DNA of 64,000 nt, from positions 704,001-768,000 of the forward strand of contig CAVPQB010000003.1 of the NCBI GenBank assembly GCA_963707505.1, written 5' to 3'. The notes under the pieces were generated by a model. It did not search any database. It was not told the origin of the DNA and worked only from the letters and a program-made list of their open reading frames with translations. Positions 18,239 to 28,205 of this stretch are shown in pieces (the first letter of the stretch is position 1; each line of letters starts with the position of its first letter). This DNA is from an uncultured Gemmatimonadales bacterium (GTDB taxonomy: Bacteria; Gemmatimonadota; Gemmatimonadetes; Gemmatimonadales; Gemmatimonadaceae). A program made the translations under genes and the position numbers.

Positions 18239-19297
18239 TCAAGCGCTCGCGGCGCTTCTCCTCGCGACGTATGCGGCGGAATCGTATACGTCCGGATTCA
18301 CGACGTTCGGCGCGCGCTCGCCCTTCAGATGGGCGACGGCGTTTGCGGCCGCCATCGTCGCCATTCTGTCACGTGTGTCCTGACTTCCACTTGCAATGTG
18401 CGGGACCAGAATCGCATTCCGACACTCAGCGAGTCCAGCTACCATGAGCGGCTCGTTTTCGAAGACATCGAGCGCCGCGCCGGCGATTGTATCGTCACGC
18501 AACGCTCCGACCAACGCCGCCTCGTCCACTACCGGTCCACGAGAGACATTTATCAGATACGCAGTCTTCTTCATCATTCCCAGCTCGCGCGTGCTTATCA
18601 TGTGGCGCGTTTCAGCTGTGAGCAACGGATGCAATGACACGAAATCACTCTCGCGCAGCAACTCTTCAAGCGACGCCGAACGTACGTGTCGCGAAGGCTC
18701 GGCCGCGTCGGCCGCAATTGCGGCTGGATTGTGCGGGTCGTATGCAAGGACATCCATGTCGAATCCGATCGCGCGTCGCGCTACAGCTGCGCCGATGCGT
18801 CCGTAGCCAACAATGCCGAGCACCTTGCGCTTGCCCGTGCCACCGGGACTGACGTCGGCACCAAGGAACAGATTCGGCCCCCAGAGCTTGTAGCGGCCGG
18901 CAACCATGTATTCGTGAGCCTCGACGATGCGACGCGCGATGCCAAGTATCAAGGCCCAGGTGAGATCAGCAGTCGTATCCGTCAACACACCTGGCGTATT
19001 CGATACGGGGATTCCAAGCTCGCTCGCTGCAACGACGTCGATGTTGTTGAATCCAACCGCGTAATTCGCTACGCCAAGCAATCCTGGATTCGCGTCCAGC
19101 ACCTCGCGCGTGATCGGCTCGGTGAGCAAGGAAAGCAGCACGTCGGCAGTGCGCACGCCGGCGAGAAGCTCTGCGGTCGTTAGCCCCTTTTCCTCGTCTG
19201 ACTGACCGACGGTGACTGTGGCTCCAGCCTGCCGCAGGATCGGAATCGCAACATCCGGGATCCTGCGAGTCATGAAAACGTTTCTTTCTTTCATCAT
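18239..19297 (-). CDS. D-glycerate dehydrogenase / glyoxylate-hydroxypyruvate reductase (D-2-hydroxyacid dehydrogenase)
   Basis: AVGFNNID, NTPGVLT, GYGRIG, NVSRGPVVDE, LDVFENEP, PHIAS. Confidence 0.92.
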   Translation of the reverse strand: MMKERNVFMTRRIPDVAIPILRQAGATVTVGQSDEEKGLTTAELLAGVRTADVLLSLLTEPITREVLDANPGLLGVANYAVGFNNIDVVAASELGIPVSNTPGVLTDTTADLTWALILGIARRIVEAHEYMVAGRYKLWGPNLFLGADVSPGGTGKRKVLGIVGYGRIGAAVARRAIGFDMDVLAYDPHNPAAIAADAAEPSRHVRSASLEELLRESDFVSLHPLLTAETRHMISTRELGMMKKTAYLINVSRGPVVDEAALVGALRDDTIAGAALDVFENEPLMVAGLAECRNAILVPHIASGSQDTRDRMATMAAANAVAHLKGERAPNVVNPDVYDSAAYVARRSAASA

Positions 19298-19322
19298 GCT
19301 GCGGGTTGAGTGATGGAACTGA

Positions 19323-20621
19323 TCAGCTGTACAGCTTTTCCTCATCCATGAAGCGCGCGAAGGCTTTCGGATCCTGGGAGGCCTGACTGATTCTCTCGAC
19401 TCCTTCCTTCAACCGTCCGAGGCTTGTCGCGATGGAGAGACGCAGAAAATGCTGGCCATCCGCGCCGATCTTTCCGAAGGAGTTACGATCCATCGTCGCC
19501 ACGCCGTAGCTGTACAACAAATACATCTGCAACATCGCCGATGGCGCTGTGCGAGCCCGCCGCTCGGCGGGAAGAGCCTCGTGCGCGTCGATGATTCCAA
19601 GCTGCTCGCACAGTCCAGCAACGTTGGGGAAGACGTAGAATGCGCCCTTCGGATTCTGGCACCGCATTCCGGGCATCGCGTTGAGCGCCGGAACGATCCA
19701 GTCGCGACGTTCCTGAAACGCAGCGACCATCTTCGCGATTCCAGGCGCTGACTCCGGGCTCGTCAACGCAACTCGCCCCGCTTCCTGAATGAACGGCGGA
19801 ATGCAGGAGACCGTATTGATCGTCAGCTGCTTGAAGATCGCAGCTTCGGCGGCGGTCGGAAGAACGGTGTAGCCGAGTCGCCAACCCGTCATTGCGAATC
19901 CCTTGGAATGCCCGGAGGAGATGATGGTGCGATCTTCCATCCCGTCTTCCACCGCGATGCTGTGGTGCGTCGCTCCGTCGAAGATGCACTGCTCGTAGAT
20001 CTCATCCGAATACACGCGAACGTCGCGCGGCGCGCGCTCACGAATCACGCGCGCAATGGATTCCAGCTCATCCTTCGAGAGCACACCGCCAGTTGGATTG
20101 GACGGTGAGCACAGGAAAATCACGCGCGTGCGTGGTGTGATGAGCGCGGCCAGATCATCCGGCGTGAACGTGAATCCGGACTCCTCGCGCAGATGCAGTG
20201 GTACCGGCTTCGCTCCAGCGTAGGTGATCCACGATTCGTAAATCGGATAGCCCGGACTCGGATATATCACCTCGTCGCCCGGGTTCACGTACGATTGAAT
20301 GGCGAAGCTGATGCCTGGCTTGCCTCCCGTCGTAACGACGACACGATCCGGCGTCACGTGCAGGCCACGCGTCTCCAGCAGGTGACCGCAGATCGCCTCA
20401 CGCAGACCGATCGTCCCCTGCGGATCGCAGTAATGCGAGTTGCCACGCCTGATCTCGGCGATAGCCGCCTCGTTGATGTGAGCCGCACTGTCGAAATCAG
20501 GCTCACCGATGTTGAGCTTGACAACATCGATGCCACGTCCGGCGACTTTGGCGATGTCCGCGCCGACGCTGAAGGCGTTCTCGGTGCCAAGCGTCGCAAT
20601 CCGATCAGCGAAATGTGTCAT
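19323..20621 (-). CDS. PLP-dependent aminotransferase class I/II (aspartate aminotransferase-like)
   Basis: IGEPDF, SPSNPTG, SDEIY, SKGFAMTGWRLG, GAFYVFPN. Confidence 0.93.
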   Translation of the reverse strand: MTHFADRIATLGTENAFSVGADIAKVAGRGIDVVKLNIGEPDFDSAAHINEAAIAEIRRGNSHYCDPQGTIGLREAICGHLLETRGLHVTPDRVVVTTGGKPGISFAIQSYVNPGDEVIYPSPGYPIYESWITYAGAKPVPLHLREESGFTFTPDDLAALITPRTRVIFLCSPSNPTGGVLSKDELESIARVIRERAPRDVRVYSDEIYEQCIFDGATHHSIAVEDGMEDRTIISSGHSKGFAMTGWRLGYTVLPTAAEAAIFKQLTINTVSCIPPFIQEAGRVALTSPESAPGIAKMVAAFQERRDWIVPALNAMPGMRCQNPKGAFYVFPNVAGLCEQLGIIDAHEALPAERRARTAPSAMLQMYLLYSYGVATMDRNSFGKIGADGQHFLRLSIATSLGRLKEGVERISQASQDPKAFARFMDEEKLYS

Positions 20622-20695
20622 TGCAATGGTTGCATGGACGTTGAGCGCACCGGAGCGCGCTCAACAGGGTGGATCAATGTCATCAAATGACTTCC

Positions 20696-21274
20696 TCAGC
20701 TTGCAGCGAGCGTCGAATCGATCGATCTCAGGTCATCGAGCGTGGCGCGGCCGTAGAAAATCTCGATGTACTTGGACTGCGCCGGCGTAAGACGACGCAC
20801 CGCCCATGCCAACTGAACAAAATGCGGCTCGAACGGCGCGGAAAGCGGATGCATTCCGATCTCGCTCGGCAGGTGATTCGCCTTGCGCGTATTGCATGGG
20901 CTGCACGCGGTGACGACGTTGGTCCAAACGTTGAGACCGCCGCGCGACAGCGGGATCAGATGATCGCGCGTGAGTGACTCGCGCCCCTTGAGTACGGATT
21001 GCTTACGGCCGCAGAACTGACACGTGTAGCGATCGCGCGCGAAAAGGAACGTGTTCGTCACCTGGCGGCGGAACTTGCGCGGCACGTGGATGAAGCGCGT
21101 GAGGCGGATGACCGCGGGGTGCGGAATCGAGAGGCGTTCGGATCGGATCAGCTTGTCCGCATCCGTCTCCACAATCTCCGCCTTCCCATCGAGCAGGAGT
21201 CGGAGCGCACGACGTACCGGAACCATCGTCAGAGGTTCGAACGAAGCGTTGAGAGCAAGACAGCCGGCGCTCAT
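20696..21274 (-). CDS. HNH endonuclease (McrA-like)
   Basis: LALNASFEPL, RDRYTCQFCG, TRDHLIPLSRGG..W.NVVTAC.PCN.RK. Confidence 0.93.
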   Translation of the reverse strand: MSAGCLALNASFEPLTMVPVRRALRLLLDGKAEIVETDADKLIRSERLSIPHPAVIRLTRFIHVPRKFRRQVTNTFLFARDRYTCQFCGRKQSVLKGRESLTRDHLIPLSRGGLNVWTNVVTACSPCNTRKANHLPSEIGMHPLSAPFEPHFVQLAWAVRRLTPAQSKYIEIFYGRATLDDLRSIDSTLAAS

Positions 21275-21311
21275 AATCTCCCTGTCGCGGTTAGCGACAA
21301 CCCACGTTGCT

Positions 21312-21345
21312 GCGCGGGGCGAGGACGTACATCCTCGCCCCGCGC
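21312..21345. repeat. 14-bp GC-rich inverted repeat between ilvE and the HNH gene
   Basis: GCGCGGGGCGAGGA-CGTACA-TCCTCGCCCCGCGC; GGGGCGA..TCGCCCC core shared with 7020-7045. Confidence 0.6.
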
Positions 21346-21355
21346 GAATTCATGG

Positions 21356-22285
21356 TCAGGCCGTAACTCTACTCTCCACGCGAGTGAGCCAGCCGTACCT
21401 GTCGGGCATCTTGCCAGTCGCAATGCCCATGTAAACTTCCTGAATCGCGAGCGTTATCGGACCCGGTTTGCCAGTCCCGACCTCCTGCTTGTCCACCGAC
21501 CTGATCGGAGTCAGCTCTGCCGCGGTGCCGCTGAAGAAAGCTTCATCCGAGATGTACAACATCTCGCGCGGAATACTCTGTTCCGAGACAGCGTAGCCCA
21601 GGTCCTTTGCGATCCGGATCACGCAGTCGCGCGTGATTCCGTTCAGGATCGACGACGAGATGGTCGACGTGTAGAGCGTTCCGTCACGCACGATGAACAG
21701 ATTCTCGCCACTGCCCTCGGCCACGAATCCAAAGGAGTCAAGCATTATTCCTTCGATGTAACCGTTGCCGCGTGCTTCTATCTTGGAAAGCTGCGAGTTG
21801 AGATAATTGCCGCCTGCCTTCGCGAGCGTCGGCATCGTGTCCGGAGCCGGACGACGCCAACTCGACACACAAACGTCAACGCCAGCTTCCAGCGCTTCGT
21901 GACCGAGATAGCGTCCCCAGATCCAGGGGATGATGAACGTCTCGACCGGTGCCTTGAACGGCAGGACACCCATCTCCTCGCCAGTACGTAACGCTACCGG
22001 GCGGAGGTAACAGGCCTCCAATTCGTTCTCTGACACGACATCACCGCACGCACCCACCAGGTCGGCGAGCGAATGCTTCATAGGCATGCGATAGATACGG
22101 CACGAGTCGAGGAACCGGCGCATGTGATCCTGCAGCCGGAAGATCGCAGGCCCGTCGGGCGTGTTGTAGCAGCGGATCCCCTCGAATACCGAGGAGCCGT
22201 AATGGACGACATGGCTCATGACGTGGATCGTCGCATCCTGCCAGTCGACGAAGGTCCCGTCTCGCCAGATTTTGTGCGTGCTCAT
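21356..22285 (-). CDS. ilvE: Branched-chain amino acid aminotransferase
   Basis: HYGSSVFEGIR, YLRP, AKAGGNY, EGSGEN, LNGITR, GTAAE. Confidence 0.96.
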   Translation of the reverse strand: MSTHKIWRDGTFVDWQDATIHVMSHVVHYGSSVFEGIRCYNTPDGPAIFRLQDHMRRFLDSCRIYRMPMKHSLADLVGACGDVVSENELEACYLRPVALRTGEEMGVLPFKAPVETFIIPWIWGRYLGHEALEAGVDVCVSSWRRPAPDTMPTLAKAGGNYLNSQLSKIEARGNGYIEGIMLDSFGFVAEGSGENLFIVRDGTLYTSTISSSILNGITRDCVIRIAKDLGYAVSEQSIPREMLYISDEAFFSGTAAELTPIRSVDKQEVGTGKPGPITLAIQEVYMGIATGKMPDRYGWLTRVESRVTA

Positions 22286-22288
22286 GAC

Positions 22289-23671
22289 CTAAACTAAGGG
22301 ATTGGAGCGCTTTGCCGCGAGGGGTTCGCCGGTCAGTTGCTCGCTCCGCCAGGTGTGGAGAGCATGTCCGGAGGCGGCGACCCGCCCGTGTAGTGCGCCC
22401 GGCTGCATCATAAGCTCTCCCCGTTCGACCAGATGACGACCCGCGACCACGACCAGATACGCCCGGCTCCCGCCCATCGCGAAGACGAGTGCAGCCTCCG
22501 GATCTCGGCACGGTTTGGCGCGTGACGTATCAAGGCGAAATGCCGCCAGATCGGCGCGCTTGCCGAGCTCCAGCGAGCCAGTGATGTGAGCGGTCCCCAG
22601 CGCCCGGGCCCCACCTATGGTCGCGAGGCCGACCGCCCGTGCCGCCCCGAGCGCACGTGGCGACCGGGCCCGCAGGTTTGCAGAAAGCACCGCCATCCGT
22701 GCCTCGTCCAGGATGTCCATGCGATTATTGCTGGCAACCGAATCCGATCCAAGACCGACATCGATCCCTGCCGCCAGGAACGCATCCAGCGGCGCAATGC
22801 CATGTCCAAATTTCGCATTGGACGTCGGGCAGTGCGCGATACACGCGCGATTTCGAACAATTGTTCGAATATCGGTCGAATCCACATTCACGGCGTGAAT
22901 CAGCAGCGATCCCGGCGGAAGCGCGTCCAGATCCGCCAGAAGTGCGATGGGCGACCGGGCGCGTGGCTGTACCGGGATTCCACGCCTCGCATGCCACTTC
23001 GCAAAGATCCCCGATCCTCGACACACGAGGGCCTGCTCCGCGTCGCTTTCAGCGATGTGCATCGCGATCGGGAGTGAATTCGCCACCGCATATCGTGCGA
23101 CGGCGCGATAGAGATCGTCAGATACTGTGTACGGTGCGTGCGGCGACACGCCGATACGCACGAGATCTGTCTGGTCCGCGCGCAATGCGGTCACGCGCCG
23201 ATCGAGATCTGCCATCGCCTCATTGCATGTCGCGGGATCGGGACCGAAGACTTCCTGATACATGATCCCGCGTACACCGCACTCGCGCATCGCGCGCGCC
23301 GTGACGCCGCTCGCGCTCGTATCCGCAAATGTCGTCACCCCGTGCTCTACGCCTTCCAGCACGCCGAGGCGCGCGGAGTCCAGGAGCGCTTCATCGTCGA
23401 GCACTGCTGCGCGCGATCGGCGCAGCGTGTCGATCCAATCCTCGAACGCCAGATCTTCGAGAAAGCCCCGCATCGCTGTCAGCTCGAGATGCGTGTGGGC
23501 GTTGACGAGGCCCGGAAGCAGTACCGAATCGCCGAGGTCGAAATCATCGCCCGACGGTGCCTCGGAGTCTCTTCCGACGAATCGAATGACGCCATCCTCA
23601 CACGCCACAACGCCGTCCTCGATCGGCGGCGCGGTTATCGGCAGGACCCAGCGCGCACGATAACGAATCAA
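22289..23671 (-). CDS. Metal-dependent amidohydrolase (MTA/SAH or aminodeoxyfutalosine deaminase-like)
   Basis: PGLVNAHTH, SPHAPY, HIAES, HCPTSN, GSDS, GKRAD; TTG start inferred just after the pbp stop. Confidence 0.85.
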   Translation of the reverse strand: MIRYRARWVLPITAPPIEDGVVACEDGVIRFVGRDSEAPSGDDFDLGDSVLLPGLVNAHTHLELTAMRGFLEDLAFEDWIDTLRRSRAAVLDDEALLDSARLGVLEGVEHGVTTFADTSASGVTARAMRECGVRGIMYQEVFGPDPATCNEAMADLDRRVTALRADQTDLVRIGVSPHAPYTVSDDLYRAVARYAVANSLPIAMHIAESDAEQALVCRGSGIFAKWHARRGIPVQPRARSPIALLADLDALPPGSLLIHAVNVDSTDIRTIVRNRACIAHCPTSNAKFGHGIAPLDAFLAAGIDVGLGSDSVASNNRMDILDEARMAVLSANLRARSPRALGAARAVGLATIGGARALGTAHITGSLELGKRADLAAFRLDTSRAKPCRDPEAALVFAMGGSRAYLVVVAGRHLVERGELMMQPGALHGRVAASGHALHTWRSEQLTGEPLAAKRSNPLV

Positions 23672-23681
23672 CAGCGCACCA

Positions 23682-26006
23682 TCAGCGGTGATGCATCGTG
23701 TCGCGTACCTGCGGTGGAACTGGACGCGGTGGCATGCGAACAGGCGCGACCGGACGCTGCGCCGGAGTGTACGACACAACAGGTCGCGGCATTCCAGCAG
23801 GGGCAGCCCCTGCGTACGGCGCCGCGGGAGCCTGCGCCCCCGGAGCCTGCGCCGCTGGAGCCTGCGCCGCTGGAACTGGTGCGCCTGTGGCTGGCGTTCC
23901 CGGAGGAGGAAGCGTGTATGGCGAGCACTCGTTCACGGGCTCGGTACCCGGCAAGTAGAACTCTGTGACGGCCGAGTCACCGCAATACGGCGTCCACAGG
24001 AATCCGGTGTGCGGATCGATCTCGCGCGTGGTTATGTCTGCCGGCATCGGCCAGTCGGGGGGAGTGGGCTTGCGACTGTAAACTTCGGTCATGAACGACG
24101 TCCATGCCGGCGCGGCGAGGATGCCGCCCTGAGCGTTGGATTTGATCGTTTGCGGATGATCGAACCCCATCCACACTCCCGCAACGAGGTCCGCCGTATA
24201 ACCGACGAACCACACGTTGGTGCCATCATTGGTGGTGCCGGTCTTGCCGCCTGCGGGAATGTGAAAGCCTGCGTCCCACACCGAGTTGTACGCGGTACCG
24301 CGCTGAACCACGTCCTTCATCATGCTCACCATGAGCCACGCTTCTTCGGGCGACATCACCTGAGTACGCGGTGCTGTCGGTTGCCAGATCACCTGATGGT
24401 GCGAGTTCTCGACACGCAGAATCCCGGTCGGCTGAGCGCGCACGCCGAGGGTCGCGAATGCGGTGTATGCACCGATCAACTGAAGCGGAATCACATCCGC
24501 CGAGCCGATGTATATGGACGGATACGGCGGGATCGGCGTCGTGATGCCAAAATTGCGTGCTTCGTTGATTACAGCTTGCGGTCCGAGCTCCATGCCTGTC
24601 TTGACGGCTATGATGTTGCGGGATTGATACAACCCGCGCCGCATCGTCATCGGGCCCTCGAACTTGAGATCGTAATTCTGGGGCTCCCACGTCGTTCCAT
24701 CCGCCTGCGGCACGGAGACTGGTGAGTCGTCTATGATGTACGACGTTGGTTTTCCAGCCTGGATGGCAGCCGCGTAAACGATCGGCTTGAAGGTCGAGCC
24801 GGGTTGCCGCAGAGCCTGCGTGGCGCGATTGAATTTTGAGTCGTAAAAGTCGCGTCCGCCGATCATCGCGCGCACGCCGCCGGTACGTGGATCGAGCGCG
24901 ATGAATGCACCTTGCAGATATGGCGAGACGCCGGTCCCCGATTCTCCGGTGGACAGCTTGGCGATGTACGACTCGTAGCTCGGATGCTTGTACGTGCCGA
25001 ACTTCCCGCCCTCGACCGCGCGAAGCTGTCTCTCCAGCGCGCGCTCGGCTGCCGTCTGCATGTCGAGATCGAGCGTGGTGTAAACGTTGAGACCCTGAGT
25101 GTACAACTGGTTGCCGAACTGCTGGTCCAGTTGCTGCCGAACCCATTCGACGAAGTACGGCGCGGTCTCGCCCGACTCGACCTTGGTTGCGAGGCGTAAC
25201 GGATACGCCTTGGCAAGACTTGCATCCGCGTCGGAGATGGCGCCGTTCTCGCGCATCAGCTCGATGATCGTGTTGCGTCGCTGAATCGCGCGATCGGGAT
25301 ACCGGCGCGGGTTGTAGCGCTCGGGCGCTTTGGGCAGAGCGGCGAGCGTTGCCGCTTCGGCGATGTTGAGATCGCGCACCGATTTCCCGAAGTACCGCTG
25401 CGATGCCGTCTCGACTCCGTACGCACCGTTGCCGAGGTTGATCTGGTTGAGATACAGCTCGAGAATCTTCTGCTTGCTGTACTTGGATTCGATCTCGCGC
25501 GCGACCTTGGCTTCCTTGATCTTGCGAATGATCGTCTTGTCACGCGAGATGCGCTCGGGAAAGATGTTCCGCGCGAGCTGCATGGTGATCGTCGAGAAGC
25601 CCTGCGCGTAGCGGCCGCTCCGAACGTTGTTGACGAGCGCTCCGACGGCGCGATACCAGTCGATCCCGGAATGTTCGTAAAAGCGTTTGTCTTCGGTGAC
25701 GACGAAGGCGTCCTGCACGATCTTGGGGATGTCGCTCAGCTTCACCAAGGTGCGGCGCTCGGTGCCGAGCTCAGCGATGAAACGCCCATCGACGGCGTAG
25801 AGCTTGGATGTCTGCTTGGGTGTGTACTGTTCCAACGCCTGGATCGATGGACAGCGATCGCCCTGACAGACGAGCAGCCAGGCACTGTATACGAGCCCGA
25901 CGCCAAACGTCACCAGCAGGATCGTGGTGACGAGGAAAATTCGAAAAGCAGTGGGGTGGCGCTTCCAGATCGGAAGCGTCCGGGACTTCTTGATTCTACC
26001 AGCCAT
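23682..26006 (-). CDS. Class A penicillin-binding protein (PBP1A family)
   Basis: TG motifs EDKRFYEH, GFSTITMQ, RKIKE, ILELYLN; TP motifs STFK, SRN, KTG; Pro/Ala-rich tail with a 15-nt tandem repeat. Confidence 0.95.
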   Translation of the reverse strand: MAGRIKKSRTLPIWKRHPTAFRIFLVTTILLVTFGVGLVYSAWLLVCQGDRCPSIQALEQYTPKQTSKLYAVDGRFIAELGTERRTLVKLSDIPKIVQDAFVVTEDKRFYEHSGIDWYRAVGALVNNVRSGRYAQGFSTITMQLARNIFPERISRDKTIIRKIKEAKVAREIESKYSKQKILELYLNQINLGNGAYGVETASQRYFGKSVRDLNIAEAATLAALPKAPERYNPRRYPDRAIQRRNTIIELMRENGAISDADASLAKAYPLRLATKVESGETAPYFVEWVRQQLDQQFGNQLYTQGLNVYTTLDLDMQTAAERALERQLRAVEGGKFGTYKHPSYESYIAKLSTGESGTGVSPYLQGAFIALDPRTGGVRAMIGGRDFYDSKFNRATQALRQPGSTFKPIVYAAAIQAGKPTSYIIDDSPVSVPQADGTTWEPQNYDLKFEGPMTMRRGLYQSRNIIAVKTGMELGPQAVINEARNFGITTPIPPYPSIYIGSADVIPLQLIGAYTAFATLGVRAQPTGILRVENSHHQVIWQPTAPRTQVMSPEEAWLMVSMMKDVVQRGTAYNSVWDAGFHIPAGGKTGTTNDGTNVWFVGYTADLVAGVWMGFDHPQTIKSNAQGGILAAPAWTSFMTEVYSRKPTPPDWPMPADITTREIDPHTGFLWTPYCGDSAVTEFYLPGTEPVNECSPYTLPPPGTPATGAPVPAAQAPAAQAPGAQAPAAPYAGAAPAGMPRPVVSYTPAQRPVAPVRMPPRPVPPQVRDTMHHR

Positions 26007-26159
26007 GGGATGAATTTAAGGCGCGGAGCTGACCTCGCCGGCGCCACTACTGACATCGACCGCAGCCGACCCGCATCCATGAGACGGACACTGGCGCGGC
26101 ACAGCGGACTGCCTGAGACAAGGCACAAACAAGGGGACGGACTGTCTATATTACCCGCG

Positions 26160-27422
26160 ATGTCTGAATCTGATTTTCTGGGCGAGCTGGCATGGCGTGG
26201 CATGCTGCAACAGCACACTGACGGCGCCGGAACGATGCTGGCGGCCGGTGCCGTCTCCGGCTATGCCGGCTTCGACCCAACCGCTCCATCGCTGCATGTC
26301 GGCAGCCTTGTTCCGATAATGGGATTGGTCCACCTGCAGCGTCAGGGCCACCGTCCGTATGCGCTGGTCGGCGGAGGGACCGGCATGATCGGAGATCCGA
26401 GCGGCAAGACTGCCGAGCGTATGCTTCAAACCATCGATCAGGTGATGGCCAACACCGAGTCGATAGGTGCGCAGCTCTCGCGCTTCCTCGATTTCTCCGG
26501 ACCACGTGCCGCTGTCCTTCGCAACAACGCTGACTGGCTGCTCGGCATGGGCGCCGTCGAGTTCATGCGCGACGTCGGCAAGCATCTCACGGTCAACTAC
26601 ATGATCGCGAAGGATTCGGTGAAGTCACGCATGGACGCGGGGATTTCGTACACTGAATTCTCGTACATGCTGTTGCAGGCGTATGACTTCGTGGCGCTGC
26701 GCCGTCGCGACGGAGTCTCGCTCCAGGTGGGCGGAAGCGACCAGTGGGGCAACATGACCGCCGGAGTCGAGTTGATTCGCCGCATGGACGGCGCCGAAGC
26801 GCACGCGGTTACCTTCCCGCTACTCACAACCGCCTCCGGAGCGAAGTTCGGAAAGACCGAAGCGGGGGCGGTGTGGCTCGATGCGGATCGCACGTCACCG
26901 TATCAGTTCTTCCAGTTCTGGATCAACACGGACGACCGGGACGTCGGCAAGTACTTGCGATTGATGACGCTGTTTGATCGGCAGACGGTCGAGGCGTTCG
27001 AGCGCGATGTCATTGAGCATCCGGAACGGCGCGAAGCTCAGAACGCCCTCGCGTTCGAGATCACCGCGCGAGTTCACGGCGATGAAGCAGCATCTGTGGC
27101 GCGTGAAGTATCGCGTGTGCTGTTCGGTCGGGGCGAGGTGTCGGATCTTTCGCCGGCCGCGCTTGCCGCGCTCGGGAAGGAAGTTCCGGGTGCCACCGTC
27201 TCGCGCGGTGAGCAGCTTTCGCTCACCGATCTCTTCGTCCGCGCCGGGCTCGTGAAATCAAAAGGCGAGGCGAGACGCGTGGCGGATCAGGGCGGTGCAT
27301 ACGTGAACGGCGAGCGCGCCGCGAGCGGATTGACGCTGAGCGAGATAACTCCGCTCGCGGGATCGTACATATTGCTGCGGAAAGGCGCGCGGGACTACGC
27401 GATGATTCAAGTCACCGGATAG
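26160..27422 (+). CDS. tyrS: Tyrosine--tRNA ligase
   Basis: GFDPTAPSLHVGS, SYTEFSYMLLQAYD, GGSDQWGN, KFGKT, C-terminal S4 domain. Confidence 0.97.
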   Translation: MSESDFLGELAWRGMLQQHTDGAGTMLAAGAVSGYAGFDPTAPSLHVGSLVPIMGLVHLQRQGHRPYALVGGGTGMIGDPSGKTAERMLQTIDQVMANTESIGAQLSRFLDFSGPRAAVLRNNADWLLGMGAVEFMRDVGKHLTVNYMIAKDSVKSRMDAGISYTEFSYMLLQAYDFVALRRRDGVSLQVGGSDQWGNMTAGVELIRRMDGAEAHAVTFPLLTTASGAKFGKTEAGAVWLDADRTSPYQFFQFWINTDDRDVGKYLRLMTLFDRQTVEAFERDVIEHPERREAQNALAFEITARVHGDEAASVAREVSRVLFGRGEVSDLSPAALAALGKEVPGATVSRGEQLSLTDLFVRAGLVKSKGEARRVADQGGAYVNGERAASGLTLSEITPLAGSYILLRKGARDYAMIQVTG

Positions 27423-27432
27423 CTTGCGCTTC

Positions 27433-27460
27433 CGTCATCCCGCCGAAGGCTGGGATGACG
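27433..27460. repeat. REP-like palindrome, copy 3 (CGTCATCCCGCCGAAGGCTGGGATGACG)
   Basis: Shares CGTCAT..GGGATGACG arms with copies 1 and 2; between convergent genes. Confidence 0.65.
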
Positions 27461-27479
27461 ACTCTCATCACGCAACACG

Positions 27480-28151
27480 CTACATCGGCGGCACATTCGG
27501 CTCCGCGCTCGAGCCCCACAATTCCTTGAGGCGCGCATCCCGCCCGCATCCCGCCCGATACAGACCGTACTGAACCGGGTTCCGATCCGCGTAATGCTGA
27601 TGATATTCCTCAGCCTTCCAGAAAGTCGAAGCCGGCACGATCTTCGTCACCACCGGCGACTTGAACAACCCTGACTTGTCGAGCTGCGCCTTCGTCGCCT
27701 CCGCCGCCTTTCGCTGCGCGTCGTTGTGATAGAAGATCGCCGTGTGATATTCGTTGCCACGGTCGCAGAACTGACCGTCCGCTGTCACCGGGTCGATGTT
27801 GTGCCAGTAGATGTACAGCAGGCGGTCATAGGTCACCTTCGAAGGGTCGTAATGCACTTCCACCGATTCGAGGTGCCCTGTCGTTCCCGTACCGACATCC
27901 TCGTACGTTGGATTTGCTCTGGTGCCGCCGGTGTACCCCACCGTCGTGGAGATGACGCCCGCCGTGTTGTCGAATGGCCGCTCCATGCTCCAGAAACAAC
28001 CGCCCGCGAACGTTGCCGTATCGACCTCCGCCACCTGCGAGGTGTGAACAATCGGCGAATGTGTCGACGCCTTCGCCGTGACGGCGCTGCCCGCGATTGC
28101 GGCGCCGATGCCGAGCGCGACGGCGAGTGGAAGGAACCGCGATGTTAGCAT
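27480..28151 (-). CDS. msrA: Peptide-methionine (S)-S-oxide reductase with signal peptide
   Basis: FAGGCFW, GYTGG, GHLE, AEEYHQ; hydrophobic N-terminus. Confidence 0.95.
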   Translation of the reverse strand: MLTSRFLPLAVALGIGAAIAGSAVTAKASTHSPIVHTSQVAEVDTATFAGGCFWSMERPFDNTAGVISTTVGYTGGTRANPTYEDVGTGTTGHLESVEVHYDPSKVTYDRLLYIYWHNIDPVTADGQFCDRGNEYHTAIFYHNDAQRKAAEATKAQLDKSGLFKSPVVTKIVPASTFWKAEEYHQHYADRNPVQYGLYRAGCGRDARLKELWGSSAEPNVPPM

Positions 28152-28205
28152 GTTGTAAGTCAGCCCGATGGTGATGTTGCGTAAGTATATCCCCGCCCAC
28201 ATCTC

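Noticed and set aside
20696..21274. HNH nuclease as a homing or defence element
   Set aside because: Stand-alone McrA-like gene in a housekeeping operon; no intron, methylase, repeats or other defence genes nearby
23824..23875. 15-nt tandem repeat GGAGCCTGCGCCGCT
   Set aside because: In-frame PAAQA low-complexity tail of PBP1A; ordinary linker expansion
25671..26159. 163-aa N-terminal extension on the tyrS ORF
   Set aside because: Overlaps the divergent pbp gene; TyrS homology starts at ATG 26160, which has a -10-like box upstream
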